Part shown: in pieces, positions 39,436 to 47,874 of the stretch
Numbering within the stretch: the stretch's first letter is position 1
How the letters are laid out: every line of letters starts with the position of its first letter
Origin: a virus
Taxonomy: Duplodnaviria; Caudoviricetes
Strand: one strand, 5' to 3'
DNA: 52,410 nucleotides
Virus record (IMG/VR): IMGVR_UViG_3300012953_000043
Span: 1 to 52,410 of that record
Notes under the pieces: generated by a model
What the model was told of the DNA's origin: nothing
Seen by the model: only the letters and a program-made list of their open reading frames with translations
Database searches by the model: none
Made by a program: the position numbers and the translations under genes

Positions 39436-40073
39436 CAGAATAAAGCTAATACGTCTTCTAAATCACCTGGTCCAGCAACTACACTTAGCACTGACACAGG
39501 TAAAAAACTTCCCGCTGCAACGCCTTTATATTCTACCTCTGTACCTGCTTCATTTATAACAGTAATATCCATGTCAGCTCCTACGTACAACGCAGCACCT
39601 GGTCCTGGTGTATGAAAAACATTTGTACCAGTTACACTTGTAGTGTATGTATAAGACATTTTTTCCTCCCAATATGGTACGGTGTTAAATGTAGGTTGTG
39701 GTGCAACTATAGGATCTCCAAATGCCCAACTTCCAGTAGCTGCTACAGTAGCAACTTCTAATATGCAATCAAAATTTCCTCCAGACACTCTTAATCTATC
39801 TCCTACGGTATAGTTTATTCCACCGTCTCCACCGGCTAAGTTAACAGCGGTAACATCTTGATCAACAGCGCCAACTGACACTATGTTTACATTTGCAAAT
39901 TTTCCACCATCCAAAGTAGTAGTTCCTAAAACTCCTACGGCGTAATCTGTTCCTCCATCAATAATAGTAAAAGTAGCAGCTGGAGTGGGAGGGTATCCAG
40001 TCAAGTCTGCCAACGCTATAGCATCGTGTGCAAATACTCTTGGCTCTTTTAATGTTGTTCCTATTGTACTCAT
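39435..40073 (-). CDS. Putative virion structural protein
   Basis: GGTDY/GGINY beta repeats; ALYVGADMDITV...AAGSFLPVSV. Confidence 0.55.
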   Translation of the reverse strand: MSTIGTTLKEPRVFAHDAIALADLTGYPPTPAATFTIIDGGTDYAVGVLGTTTLDGGKFANVNIVSVGAVDQDVTAVNLAGGDGGINYTVGDRLRVSGGNFDCILEVATVAATGSWAFGDPIVAPQPTFNTVPYWEEKMSYTYTTSVTGTNVFHTPGPGAALYVGADMDITVINEAGTEVEYKGVAAGSFLPVSVLSVVAGPGDLEDVLALF

Positions 40074-40537
40074 TTTTTGTTTTTATTTATAAATACTTTT
40101 TCAGCTCCTCTAGAACCAAAGTATGCTACATATACTGTAACTAATAATGTTTGTAATAAATCTATCCATGCAGCATTCATGTCGAATAGTAAATCGATAG
40201 AATCGAAAACTATAAACAACGTCATGCATACTGTTAAATAAATTAATGTCAATGGTCTTGTATTTTTACTTAACCATGAATCAGACTTCATATCATATTG
40301 CCATCTCTCTGAAACACTATTCATTTCAGCAACATCTTGGTCAATTAACTTTAATGCTAATTCTTTATCTTTTGGAGCAATTTCATCGTCTTGACTTATT
40401 AAGTTTTTAACAACTCCATATACTCCATTATTTGGAAGTACATCTCCTATTGAATCTAAAATTTTTGGTGCTTTTTCTTTTAAAAATTTACCAACTTTTG
40501 TATCTTTAAACTTTTTCTTAGGTTTATTCTTCTCCAT
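40070..40537 (-). CDS. Holin (3TM/GTA-holin-like)
   Basis: RWQYDMKSDSWLSKNTRP followed by TM helices ending YFGSRGAEK; near the amidase. Confidence 0.7.
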   Translation of the reverse strand: MEKNKPKKKFKDTKVGKFLKEKAPKILDSIGDVLPNNGVYGVVKNLISQDDEIAPKDKELALKLIDQDVAEMNSVSERWQYDMKSDSWLSKNTRPLTLIYLTVCMTLFIVFDSIDLLFDMNAAWIDLLQTLLVTVYVAYFGSRGAEKVFINKNKK

Positions 40538-40754
40538 TTTTGTTTCCTTGAAACATATTAGATACTGTTTCGTGTAAGTTATCTATTGTTCTTGCTCTTT
40601 TTTTACAACCACAATCCTTTTTTCCTACCGCTTTAGCTACTTTATTAGCTGCTTTATCTAATCCTATTTTCTTATTAAATTCTAAAATCTTAGTTCCTAA
40701 ATATTTTTTAGGTTCTTGTGATTCACTGCTTCTTCTTTTTCTTGGTGATTCCAT
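40524..40754 (-). CDS. Small basic protein with DCGC motif
   Basis: ORF track; KKDCGCKKR. Confidence 0.6.
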   Translation of the reverse strand: MESPRKRRSSESQEPKKYLGTKILEFNKKIGLDKAANKVAKAVGKKDCGCKKRARTIDNLHETVSNMFQGNKNGEE

Positions 40755-40773
40755 TTAATTTAATTATTTTATT

Positions 40774-40929
40774 TTATTTTTTTAGTGCTAGTAGAAATTC
40801 TCTAACACCAATACCAAATGCCATGCCACTCATCATAGAGTGTCCATGTGCTAGTATTAAACCACCTATTGCTCCGCAAACTACAGCTTTAGACAATGGA
40901 TGATTAACAATGTTTTTTACAGTTTCCAT
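40774..40929 (-). CDS. Small membrane protein
   Basis: Likely start METVKN (40929); two hydrophobic Gly-rich segments. Confidence 0.55.
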   Translation of the reverse strand: METVKNIVNHPLSKAVVCGAIGGLILAHGHSMMSGMAFGIGVREFLLALKK

Positions 40930-40930
40930 A

Positions 40931-41191
40931 TTATGATCTTTTACCTCTATCCATACCTTTTTTAAGACCAGGATATTTTTTATATACACACGCTTTAATT
41001 CCTTCTGGATTTGGAGCGTTATGTGCTAGTTTAAGAGCTGACTTAGCTCGTTTTCTAGTATTTACAGGATAAGTACCTTTTGCAGCTCCTCCTGCTGGAC
41101 CACAGAAATCTCCCTTTTTTACATTAGGATATTCTCCAGCATTTGAACTACCAGGTTCTTCTCTTATTTCACTTATAGTTTTCTTTGCCAT
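40931..41191 (-). CDS. Small basic hypothetical protein
   Basis: FCGPAGG...YPVNTRKRAKSAL. Confidence 0.65.
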   Translation of the reverse strand: MAKKTISEIREEPGSSNAGEYPNVKKGDFCGPAGGAAKGTYPVNTRKRAKSALKLAHNAPNPEGIKACVYKKYPGLKKGMDRGKRS

Positions 41192-41194
41192 GGC

Positions 41195-41416
41195 TTAGTG
41201 TTTGTTGCCACCCATGTGCTTATGAATACAATGTTTTTGATCGTCTATTCTGTGGATCTCTCTTCCTGCATCATATATCAATTCTCTATCATGGATCATA
41301 GTTTTCTTCGCGCTTTTATCACCTTTTTTATATCTTAAATCAGCGCGGTGTAATTGCTTTTTAGCATCAGAGATTAACTCTCTATTGTGCATCATATCTT
41401 TATCGTATCTATTCAT
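41195..41416 (-). CDS. Small His/Lys-rich protein with internal duplication
   Basis: MMHNRELISDAKKQLH and MIHDRELIYDAGREIH. Confidence 0.6.
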   Translation of the reverse strand: MNRYDKDMMHNRELISDAKKQLHRADLRYKKGDKSAKKTMIHDRELIYDAGREIHRIDDQKHCIHKHMGGNKH

Positions 41417-41436
41417 TGTTTTAGATTTTAAATTTA

Positions 41437-41670
41437 TTATTCAGCTTTTTTCTCTGCTGCTGGCTCTTCTACTTTTAACTTAGCAACATCTCCATCCATT
41501 TGGTATTCAACCTCTGCAAATGGTGATGCAAGTTCTGCTGGTAAATCTCCTTTTCTCTTTAATTCACCTTCTGGTTTTTCTAATCCCATCATTTTTTCAA
41601 CAGTATCTAAATCTGCTTTATTTTTTCTTATTCGTGCTCTATTTTCTAAAAGAGGTTTAAAATTATACAT
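41437..41670 (-). CDS. Hypothetical protein
   Basis: Likely start MYNFKP at 41670, after the amidase stop. Confidence 0.55.
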   Translation of the reverse strand: MYNFKPLLENRARIRKNKADLDTVEKMMGLEKPEGELKRKGDLPAELASPFAEVEYQMDGDVAKLKVEEPAAEKKAE

Positions 41671-41680
41671 ATTTTTTGTA

Positions 41681-42094
41681 TTATAGGTTTTTATATTCTT
41701 CTGTCGCATCAAAAGAAGGACAGGCTTTGTTTGCGAAATCTCTATGTGAATGTATCTTCGCATCAGGATACATTGCTTTTAATGTTCTAAGCACGCATAG
41801 TAGTGCTTCTTCTTGTTCAAATGTTCTAGTATCAGCAGGGGTTTTACCGTCTTCTTCAACACCACCCGCATAACATATACCTATTGAATTTCTATTGTAT
41901 CCTTTACAGTGAGCACCCATTTTAGCTATATCTCTACCTTTATGAATTTTACCATAAATATCAATATAAAAATGATAACCTATATCAGACCAACCTCTAC
42001 CTTCAACATGCCATTTCCTAATTGTCTCAACAGTTACATCTTGACCTTCTCGAGTAGCAGAACAATGTACGATAAGTTTGTTTATATTTCTCAT
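41681..42094 (-). CDS. N-acetylmuramoyl-L-alanine amidase endolysin (T7 lysozyme-like)
   Basis: VHCSAT, GWSDIGYH, GAH, SIGICY, HRDF, KACPSF zinc-ligand pattern. Confidence 0.92.
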   Translation of the reverse strand: MRNINKLIVHCSATREGQDVTVETIRKWHVEGRGWSDIGYHFYIDIYGKIHKGRDIAKMGAHCKGYNRNSIGICYAGGVEEDGKTPADTRTFEQEEALLCVLRTLKAMYPDAKIHSHRDFANKACPSFDATEEYKNL

Positions 42095-42096
42095 GA

Positions 42097-42381
42097 TTAA
42101 TATCTTCTGTCTAAGATCATCCTTCTCTTCTCATCAGAACTCGCATTTTCAAATGCCTTACTAGTTGAATGACCCTTGCTATATACAAATTCTTGAGTTA
42201 GATCTTTCTTTTTCTTTTCTTCTTCAATATTAGAGATTACTTTATTAAACATGTCACTATCTAATATTGCATCTGTTGAGTTTTGTTCATATTTTTCTAC
42301 GTATGTTGATGTTGGTTTTGCATCTAAAGCACCATCTCCACTTGCAACTCCTTGTACTTCTTTAAAATCTCCGTATGCCAT
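42097..42381 (-). CDS. Hypothetical protein
   Basis: ORF track. Confidence 0.55.
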   Translation of the reverse strand: MAYGDFKEVQGVASGDGALDAKPTSTYVEKYEQNSTDAILDSDMFNKVISNIEEEKKKKDLTQEFVYSKGHSTSKAFENASSDEKRRMILDRRY

Positions 42382-42382
42382 T

Positions 42383-42547
42383 TTATTTGTTTTTATCTTT
42401 TTTTAATAAATACCACTTGTGTAAAGTATATCCTAAGGTTGCTCCTAGCAACAATACTTTTAATGTTGGTTCTAACCAATCACAACAACTAACCATGAAT
42501 GCTCCCGTATTTACAGCGTATAATTTTAAGCTATCAGCTACTTCCAT
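42383..42547 (-). CDS. Small membrane protein, holin-like (54 aa)
   Basis: Hand translation MEVADSLKLYAVNTGAFMVSCCDWLEPTLKVLLLGATLGYTLHKWYLLKKDKNK*; TM segment plus basic tail. Confidence 0.6.
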   Translation of the reverse strand: MEVADSLKLYAVNTGAFMVSCCDWLEPTLKVLLLGATLGYTLHKWYLLKKDKNK

Positions 42548-42549
42548 AG

Positions 42550-42678
42550 CTATTTGTTGGCACGCAATACAGCGTTACCTTTATAAGTTGGATATTCTTG
42601 TCCTGGAAGAGGAATGTTTTTTACTTTAGGTTGGGTAATTATGTTTACTTTACCTGCTGGTTTTTGTGCTTTTTTCAT
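42550..42678 (-). CDS. Small basic protein (42 aa)
   Basis: Hand translation MKKAQKPAGKVNIITQPKVKNIPLPGQEYPTYKGNAVLRANK*. Confidence 0.55.
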   Translation of the reverse strand: MKKAQKPAGKVNIITQPKVKNIPLPGQEYPTYKGNAVLRANK

Positions 42679-42695
42679 TTTTATATATTTATAAC

Positions 42696-42998
42696 TTAAA
42701 CTAATCCGGTGTAATCTACATCGTCTAACCCATCAGCTCCGCTTATAGATCTAAAGCTTCCAGGTATTTTAGGATTTAAATTCCCTGTAGAAATACCACT
42801 AAGCATTTTAGGGCTTTGTCTTACATTTAATACTGGTTCAAACTCACTGCTATACGAACCAGGTATATTTAATTCAGGATTACCCGCTACTTCTTCTCCA
42901 CTAGTAGGATCTATTCCTCCTGTTACCCCAGCATTAGCTTGGGGATATAATTCATTTTGATATTCCAGTGAGTTGTTGGGATCTTCAAATCTATCCAT
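42696..42998 (-). CDS. Hypothetical protein
   Basis: ORF track; internal LNIPGSY/PKIPGSF repeat. Confidence 0.55.
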   Translation of the reverse strand: MDRFEDPNNSLEYQNELYPQANAGVTGGIDPTSGEEVAGNPELNIPGSYSSEFEPVLNVRQSPKMLSGISTGNLNPKIPGSFRSISGADGLDDVDYTGLV

Positions 42999-43443
42999 AA
43001 CTTTTTTTATTAATATTCATATTTTTTATAGTAGTGGCTAATACTTTATCACTATAAGTTTTTCCTTTCATTAAATGATTGGAACGTTCTGTTGTGGGAA
43101 TTTCTTCTTCCCCTAATATTATACGGTACATTCGGTTTATCAGCTGTTTACACTTGAAAGAAACTTTATATATATGATACTTCTGAGTGGTGCGGTTTCT
43201 TTGGCGCCATACCACTATCCATCCCTCCTTCAGTAATCTGTTCCAGCGTCTGTTATCCCAGCTGTATGCGTGTGTACCGTTTTTAAAATCTTGTTTAGTA
43301 AATAAGTCTGTAGCTTCTAAGTATATTAATAACTCTAAATCTGCTTCTTTTAAATTGTTTGTTTTAGCAGCCCACTTCCTTATTATTCTATAATGCTTTA
43401 GTAAATTTAATTCTTTTACATCTTTTGATGTTAATCTTTTCAT
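42991..43443 (-). CDS. Winged-helix (MarR-like) DNA-binding protein
   Basis: LKEADLELLIYL...RLLKEGWIV...IYKVSFKCK. Confidence 0.5.
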   Translation of the reverse strand: MKRLTSKDVKELNLLKHYRIIRKWAAKTNNLKEADLELLIYLEATDLFTKQDFKNGTHAYSWDNRRWNRLLKEGWIVVWRQRNRTTQKYHIYKVSFKCKQLINRMYRIILGEEEIPTTERSNHLMKGKTYSDKVLATTIKNMNINKKSYG

Positions 43444-44517
43444 TTAGTTATATTCGAATATAAAGCGATATTTAAAGTCTGTAAAATCATTTTGACTTTG
43501 AATAAAAAATTGCCAACCTCCAGCATACCATATAAATTGCCCTGGAGTAGCACTTGGTCCAATATATTGAGGTGGTCCAAGATTTATATAATTAGCAATT
43601 AATGACCAATCAGGTGCGTTAATAGTTATATACTGTGTACCTGGATCCCCAATATTAGGTGCTAATGTATTTGCTGTTAAAGTAGCACCAGGAACAGTTT
43701 CCCAAGTACTGCTATTACTGTTCGGTCCACTTGTCGCTGACGAAGCGCCGTTAGTAATAAACGTTCCTCCTGGTTGATCACTATCATAAACAGAAAAACC
43801 ACAACCTATAGCCATACCACAAAACATAGGAGAACCACCAGGCACATATGCATTTGTATATACTTTAATCTTAGTAATATTCATTATATCTGCTGATAAA
43901 GCTGTACCAGAAACCCCATGAGTATCTCCTAAAGAATGAGGTAAAAAATCAGGTGCATCTTCTCCAATTAAATCTCTGTTTTGGCAATCAAACACCCAAA
44001 AAGTACTTGCGCTACCCGCACCATCTGACTCTTTAGCATAGTTATTACTAATCGCTACGTTGTAACGACCAACACCACTTCCAGCTATAGTATCACAAAC
44101 TATTTCTCCACTATCGTATTGAGTGGTAGCAGGTGGACTCCATGTCCAAGCGCCAGGAAGAGGATTTTCAATACAATAAAACGTATAAGCTTTCCCATCA
44201 GTAGGAATTGTAGCAACTCCATTTACAGTGTTATTAATACTTCCACCTAAAGCAGAAGGAAATACTAGCACTGGCAAAGAAGAATTGTTTATAAAAGTAG
44301 TTGAACGACCTGTTGTAGCTACGGGTAATTTACATGCTCTATCTGTATTAGTACTGGTAGTAATAACATTTATACCGTAAATTGCTACACTAGTAGTAGT
44401 CTCGTTTGTGTTATTTAATACTAAATCATCTAACACTGTTTGAGTACCACCGCCTCCACCACCGGCGTTTCTACGTATCTCGTTCTCTAGTTGTATGTCT
44501 TTCTTTATTCCTTGCAT
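43444..44517 (-). CDS. Putative virion structural/fibre protein
   Basis: Thr/Gly-rich beta composition; KLPVATTGRS...LVFPS. Confidence 0.5.
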   Translation of the reverse strand: MQGIKKDIQLENEIRRNAGGGGGGTQTVLDDLVLNNTNETTTSVAIYGINVITTSTNTDRACKLPVATTGRSTTFINNSSLPVLVFPSALGGSINNTVNGVATIPTDGKAYTFYCIENPLPGAWTWSPPATTQYDSGEIVCDTIAGSGVGRYNVAISNNYAKESDGAGSASTFWVFDCQNRDLIGEDAPDFLPHSLGDTHGVSGTALSADIMNITKIKVYTNAYVPGGSPMFCGMAIGCGFSVYDSDQPGGTFITNGASSATSGPNSNSSTWETVPGATLTANTLAPNIGDPGTQYITINAPDWSLIANYINLGPPQYIGPSATPGQFIWYAGGWQFFIQSQNDFTDFKYRFIFEYN

Positions 44518-44520
44518 AAT

Positions 44521-44781
44521 TTATAGTATAATTACTACGTCTTTTTCTTGGATGACTTTTAAAATTTTATCATCTATTTCTATATCGCAACCTGCGTGTC
44601 TATCAAAGTAGATTTTATCTCCTTCATTTATTACCGCTACGTCAGATCCAACTTTTATTATTTCTCCTTCCCTATACCTTACGTCTTCTCTTTGCTTCTC
44701 TCCCAATATTAATCCACCTTTAGTAGATTTAGAAGTTTCTTTTTTTTCTTTTACTACTATGTTCTTACCTATTGCTTTCAT
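44521..44781 (-). CDS. groES: Co-chaperonin GroES (Cpn10)
   Basis: KSTKGGLIL mobile loop, GEIIKVG, EGDKIYF, EKDV; adjacent to groEL. Confidence 0.85.
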   Translation of the reverse strand: MKAIGKNIVVKEKKETSKSTKGGLILGEKQREDVRYREGEIIKVGSDVAVINEGDKIYFDRHAGCDIEIDDKILKVIQEKDVVIIL

Positions 44782-46321
44782 CCATCCTTAGATTATTAAT
44801 TACACAATCAGTAGACAATATAGTAGTAGCTACAGAAGCCGCATTTTTTAAAGCGCTTTTAGTTACCAGTAATGGATCTATTATTCCGGCTTTAACCATA
44901 TTAACCGCTTTTCCTGTAACCACGTCTAAACCTCTTCCGTTTCCTTCAGGTAACGAGATTTCTACCATTCCAGCATTTCTAAGTATAGTACTGTATGGTG
45001 CACATACTGCATTGAGCAATACTTGCTCTCCTGTACTTTTTGCTTTTATATTGTTTGCTGCATTAAGTAATGCAACTCCTCCACCAGGAACTATTCCCTC
45101 TTTAATAGCGGCTCTTGTAGCACATATAGCATCTTCTACTCTATCTCTTTTTTCTTTTAATTCAATTTCTGAGTTAGCACCTACTTTAACTACAGCTAGC
45201 TTAGCTGACAACATTGATACTCTCTTTTCTAGTCTTTTTATAAAATTAATGTTCTTTTCTTTTTTAATTCTATCTTTAAGGGATTGAATAAGATCTATTA
45301 CAACTTCAGGAGTTTCTTCTACTTGTATTAAAGTATTATATGCTGTACTAGTAACTTTCTTACAAGTACCTAGTTGATCAACGTGAATAAGGTCCATATC
45401 ATCACCTAGCGTTTCATCTATAACAGTAGCTCCTGTCAATGCTGCTAAATCATCTAAAGTTTCTTTTCTACTCACACCGAATATAGGTGCTTCAACTACG
45501 TTTATTTTGATATTACCCTTAACTTTATTCATTGCTAAAGCCCCTATCACCTCATGCTCTACATCTCCAATAATCAACAATGATTCTTTATTTGTAATAG
45601 CATGTTCTAAAACTGACTGAATTTTTCTAATATTTTCTATCTTACTATTAACTATTAAGATTAAAGGATTTTCTAATTCTGCCGTTCCTGTAGTAGAATC
45701 CGTTATGAAGTGCTGATTAACAAAACCTTTTTCATATTGAACTCCTTCAATGCTTTCTATAACCGTAGAAGGATCTTCATGTGTTTGCATTCTAACTACA
45801 CCAGTCTCATCTACACTTTTAAAAGCTTCTCCAATTAACTCTCCTAATTCACTATCGTTGTTAGAAGATATTGTAGCCACTTGACTTATTCTATCTCCAG
45901 TGACAGGTTTAGAAATTTTTTCTAAATAAGCTATTACTTTATCAACTGCGTTGTGTATACCTATTTTTAATTCTCGCGAATTTTCCGATTTTATCGCGCT
46001 ATATGCTTCTTTTAGTATTGCGTGCGCTAAAACCGTGGCAGTCGTAGTTCCATCTCCAGCTTCCTTAACTGTTTTACGAGCTGCTTCTTTTAAAAGCTTA
46101 GACCCCATGTTTTCTACAGGATCTAATAATATAATATCGTTTGCGACAGTAACACCGTCTTTAGTGATTTGTGGATCACCTTTGCTATCTTCAAGTATTA
46201 CACACTTGCCGTTAGCCCCTAAAGTGGAGCTAACAGCTTTAGTGAGTTTCTCTATTCCTTGAAATATTTTATCCTTTGCATCATCACCGAAGTTAAGATG
46301 CTTTACTATTGTCTCATTCAT
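44765..46321 (-). CDS. groEL: Chaperonin GroEL (Cpn60), phage-encoded
   Basis: ITKDGVTVA, AGDGTTTATVLA, EGIVPGGGVAL, GIIDP; no C-terminal GGM tail. Confidence 0.95.
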   Translation of the reverse strand: MNETIVKHLNFGDDAKDKIFQGIEKLTKAVSSTLGANGKCVILEDSKGDPQITKDGVTVANDIILLDPVENMGSKLLKEAARKTVKEAGDGTTTATVLAHAILKEAYSAIKSENSRELKIGIHNAVDKVIAYLEKISKPVTGDRISQVATISSNNDSELGELIGEAFKSVDETGVVRMQTHEDPSTVIESIEGVQYEKGFVNQHFITDSTTGTAELENPLILIVNSKIENIRKIQSVLEHAITNKESLLIIGDVEHEVIGALAMNKVKGNIKINVVEAPIFGVSRKETLDDLAALTGATVIDETLGDDMDLIHVDQLGTCKKVTSTAYNTLIQVEETPEVVIDLIQSLKDRIKKEKNINFIKRLEKRVSMLSAKLAVVKVGANSEIELKEKRDRVEDAICATRAAIKEGIVPGGGVALLNAANNIKAKSTGEQVLLNAVCAPYSTILRNAGMVEISLPEGNGRGLDVVTGKAVNMVKAGIIDPLLVTKSALKNAASVATTILSTDCVINNLRMDESNR

Positions 46322-46403
46322 TAGATTAAATTAAATTTTATTGTGGTTATTTTTTAGTTTTAGGCTTAGTCTTAGGCTTAGTTTTTGAGTATCCCATAAT
46401 TTA

Positions 46404-46697
46404 TTATTTAAATGTTTTAACTACTTTAGGTCCTTTTAAAAACTCTAATTTTTTTGTGTAATGTTCAATTGATCCATCTATAGCGGCTTCCGCTCCATTC
46501 ATTGTTTCCCTTCTAGTAACATCAACCCATAAATCTTCTTCTTCTGGGTGTTTGTATTCGGTTTGGAAAAATCCATTTGGAAGTTGCACAATGCGCCAAT
46601 TGCTTTTTTCAGCAACATGGTTCCAAAGTTTGACCATCTCTTGGTCTGGGTGTTGTGGGGTACTACTCCACGATTGAGTACGGTATAAAAATGTCAT
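46404..46697 (-). CDS. Hypothetical protein
   Basis: NWRIVQLPNGFFQTE...WVDVTRRET. Confidence 0.7.
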   Translation of the reverse strand: MTFLYRTQSWSSTPQHPDQEMVKLWNHVAEKSNWRIVQLPNGFFQTEYKHPEEEDLWVDVTRRETMNGAEAAIDGSIEHYTKKLEFLKGPKVVKTFK

Positions 46698-46714
46698 TGG
46701 TTTATTGTTTTAGG

Positions 46715-46924
46715 TTATTTTTTTATTTTTTTAAATCTGTCATTAACAACCTGTTTTTCTCGTGGTTCACGAGTATATTTTTTAATACCTTCTTTTGGTA
46801 CATCTTTACTAATCACAGATTTATCTTCATAATTTACCTTTCTTACAAAACTTGTTTTAGCTTTTGCTACCGGCATTATTATGTTTTTTTCTTTATCTAA
46901 AATTTCTTTATCTGTCTTACTCAT
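46715..46924 (-). CDS. Small basic hypothetical protein
   Basis: ORF track. Confidence 0.55.
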   Translation of the reverse strand: MSKTDKEILDKEKNIIMPVAKAKTSFVRKVNYEDKSVISKDVPKEGIKKYTREPREKQVVNDRFKKIKK

Positions 46925-46934
46925 CTTTTTTTAT

Positions 46935-47864
46935 TTACTCCACTATCGTGATTTTTCCTTCTAATCCTTCATATGCTTCTGGATTTATTTTTGAAGCTTG
47001 TTTTATGTTTACTTGATAAATTGCTCCTGGAACTAAGTTTCCAATACCGTTAAAGTTGAAAGCTGGTAAATAACTATTAACAGAGGAATCTGTTATCAGT
47101 AATCCATTTCCAGCTAAAGCATCGAAAGGTTCAAAAAACCCTTCAGTTTCAAAAGCCTCGTTCATAGGTATACCTTCAGGAGCGTCTTCCGCTATTTGTA
47201 TACTAGTCCAATACCATCCATCAAGATCTGTACTCAATACTTGATAAGGTAAATCTGTTCCAGGTGGTTCTGAAAAAGGACACTCACCAGATGGACAACT
47301 CCAATCATTACTTGCTTGCGCTTCTTCTTCTCCAATAGTTAACTTAGGAGTTTCTACTGGTGGTTCTTCTCCACAGCTTTCACAGCACTCAGTAGGATCA
47401 ACTAAGCATTCTATTTTTTCAAAGAACACTAAATCTGGTGGAGTACATACTTTTGTACTCACAATATAACAATCTTCACTTTCCTCAATTTTAATAACAT
47501 CTCCTATAGAAACATCTAACGTTGTTAAATTTACTACTCCTGCAACTTCTCCACCACACGTAGTAATCTCGTATGTATCTCCATTTTGACAACACTCACA
47601 TGCCGCTGGTTCATCTTCAGCAGGGAATTCTCCTTCTATTTCTTCTACCTCTATAATTTCTGCTCCAGGTGGAAACTCTTCTATTTCTTCTACATTCCAA
47701 CATACTTCCGACACTTTGATAACAGCTCCGGTTTCTGCGTATTCTCCTAAAGGACTTTCAGTATATAAAATTACTTCAGGATTATTGCATTCTGTTATAG
47801 CAAACTTACTACTTGGAGTAACTGAGTTATTTTTAAAAAATGTTACCGGAAAAACTATACTCAT
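46935..47864 (-). CDS. Cys-rich acidic tail-fibre-associated protein
   Basis: Follows the fibre gene; duplicated ITxC...VIK...C...CC unit. Confidence 0.55.
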   Translation of the reverse strand: MSIVFPVTFFKNNSVTPSSKFAITECNNPEVILYTESPLGEYAETGAVIKVSEVCWNVEEIEEFPPGAEIIEVEEIEGEFPAEDEPAACECCQNGDTYEITTCGGEVAGVVNLTTLDVSIGDVIKIEESEDCYIVSTKVCTPPDLVFFEKIECLVDPTECCESCGEEPPVETPKLTIGEEEAQASNDWSCPSGECPFSEPPGTDLPYQVLSTDLDGWYWTSIQIAEDAPEGIPMNEAFETEGFFEPFDALAGNGLLITDSSVNSYLPAFNFNGIGNLVPGAIYQVNIKQASKINPEAYEGLEGKITIVE

Positions 47865-47874
47865 GTTTTATTTT

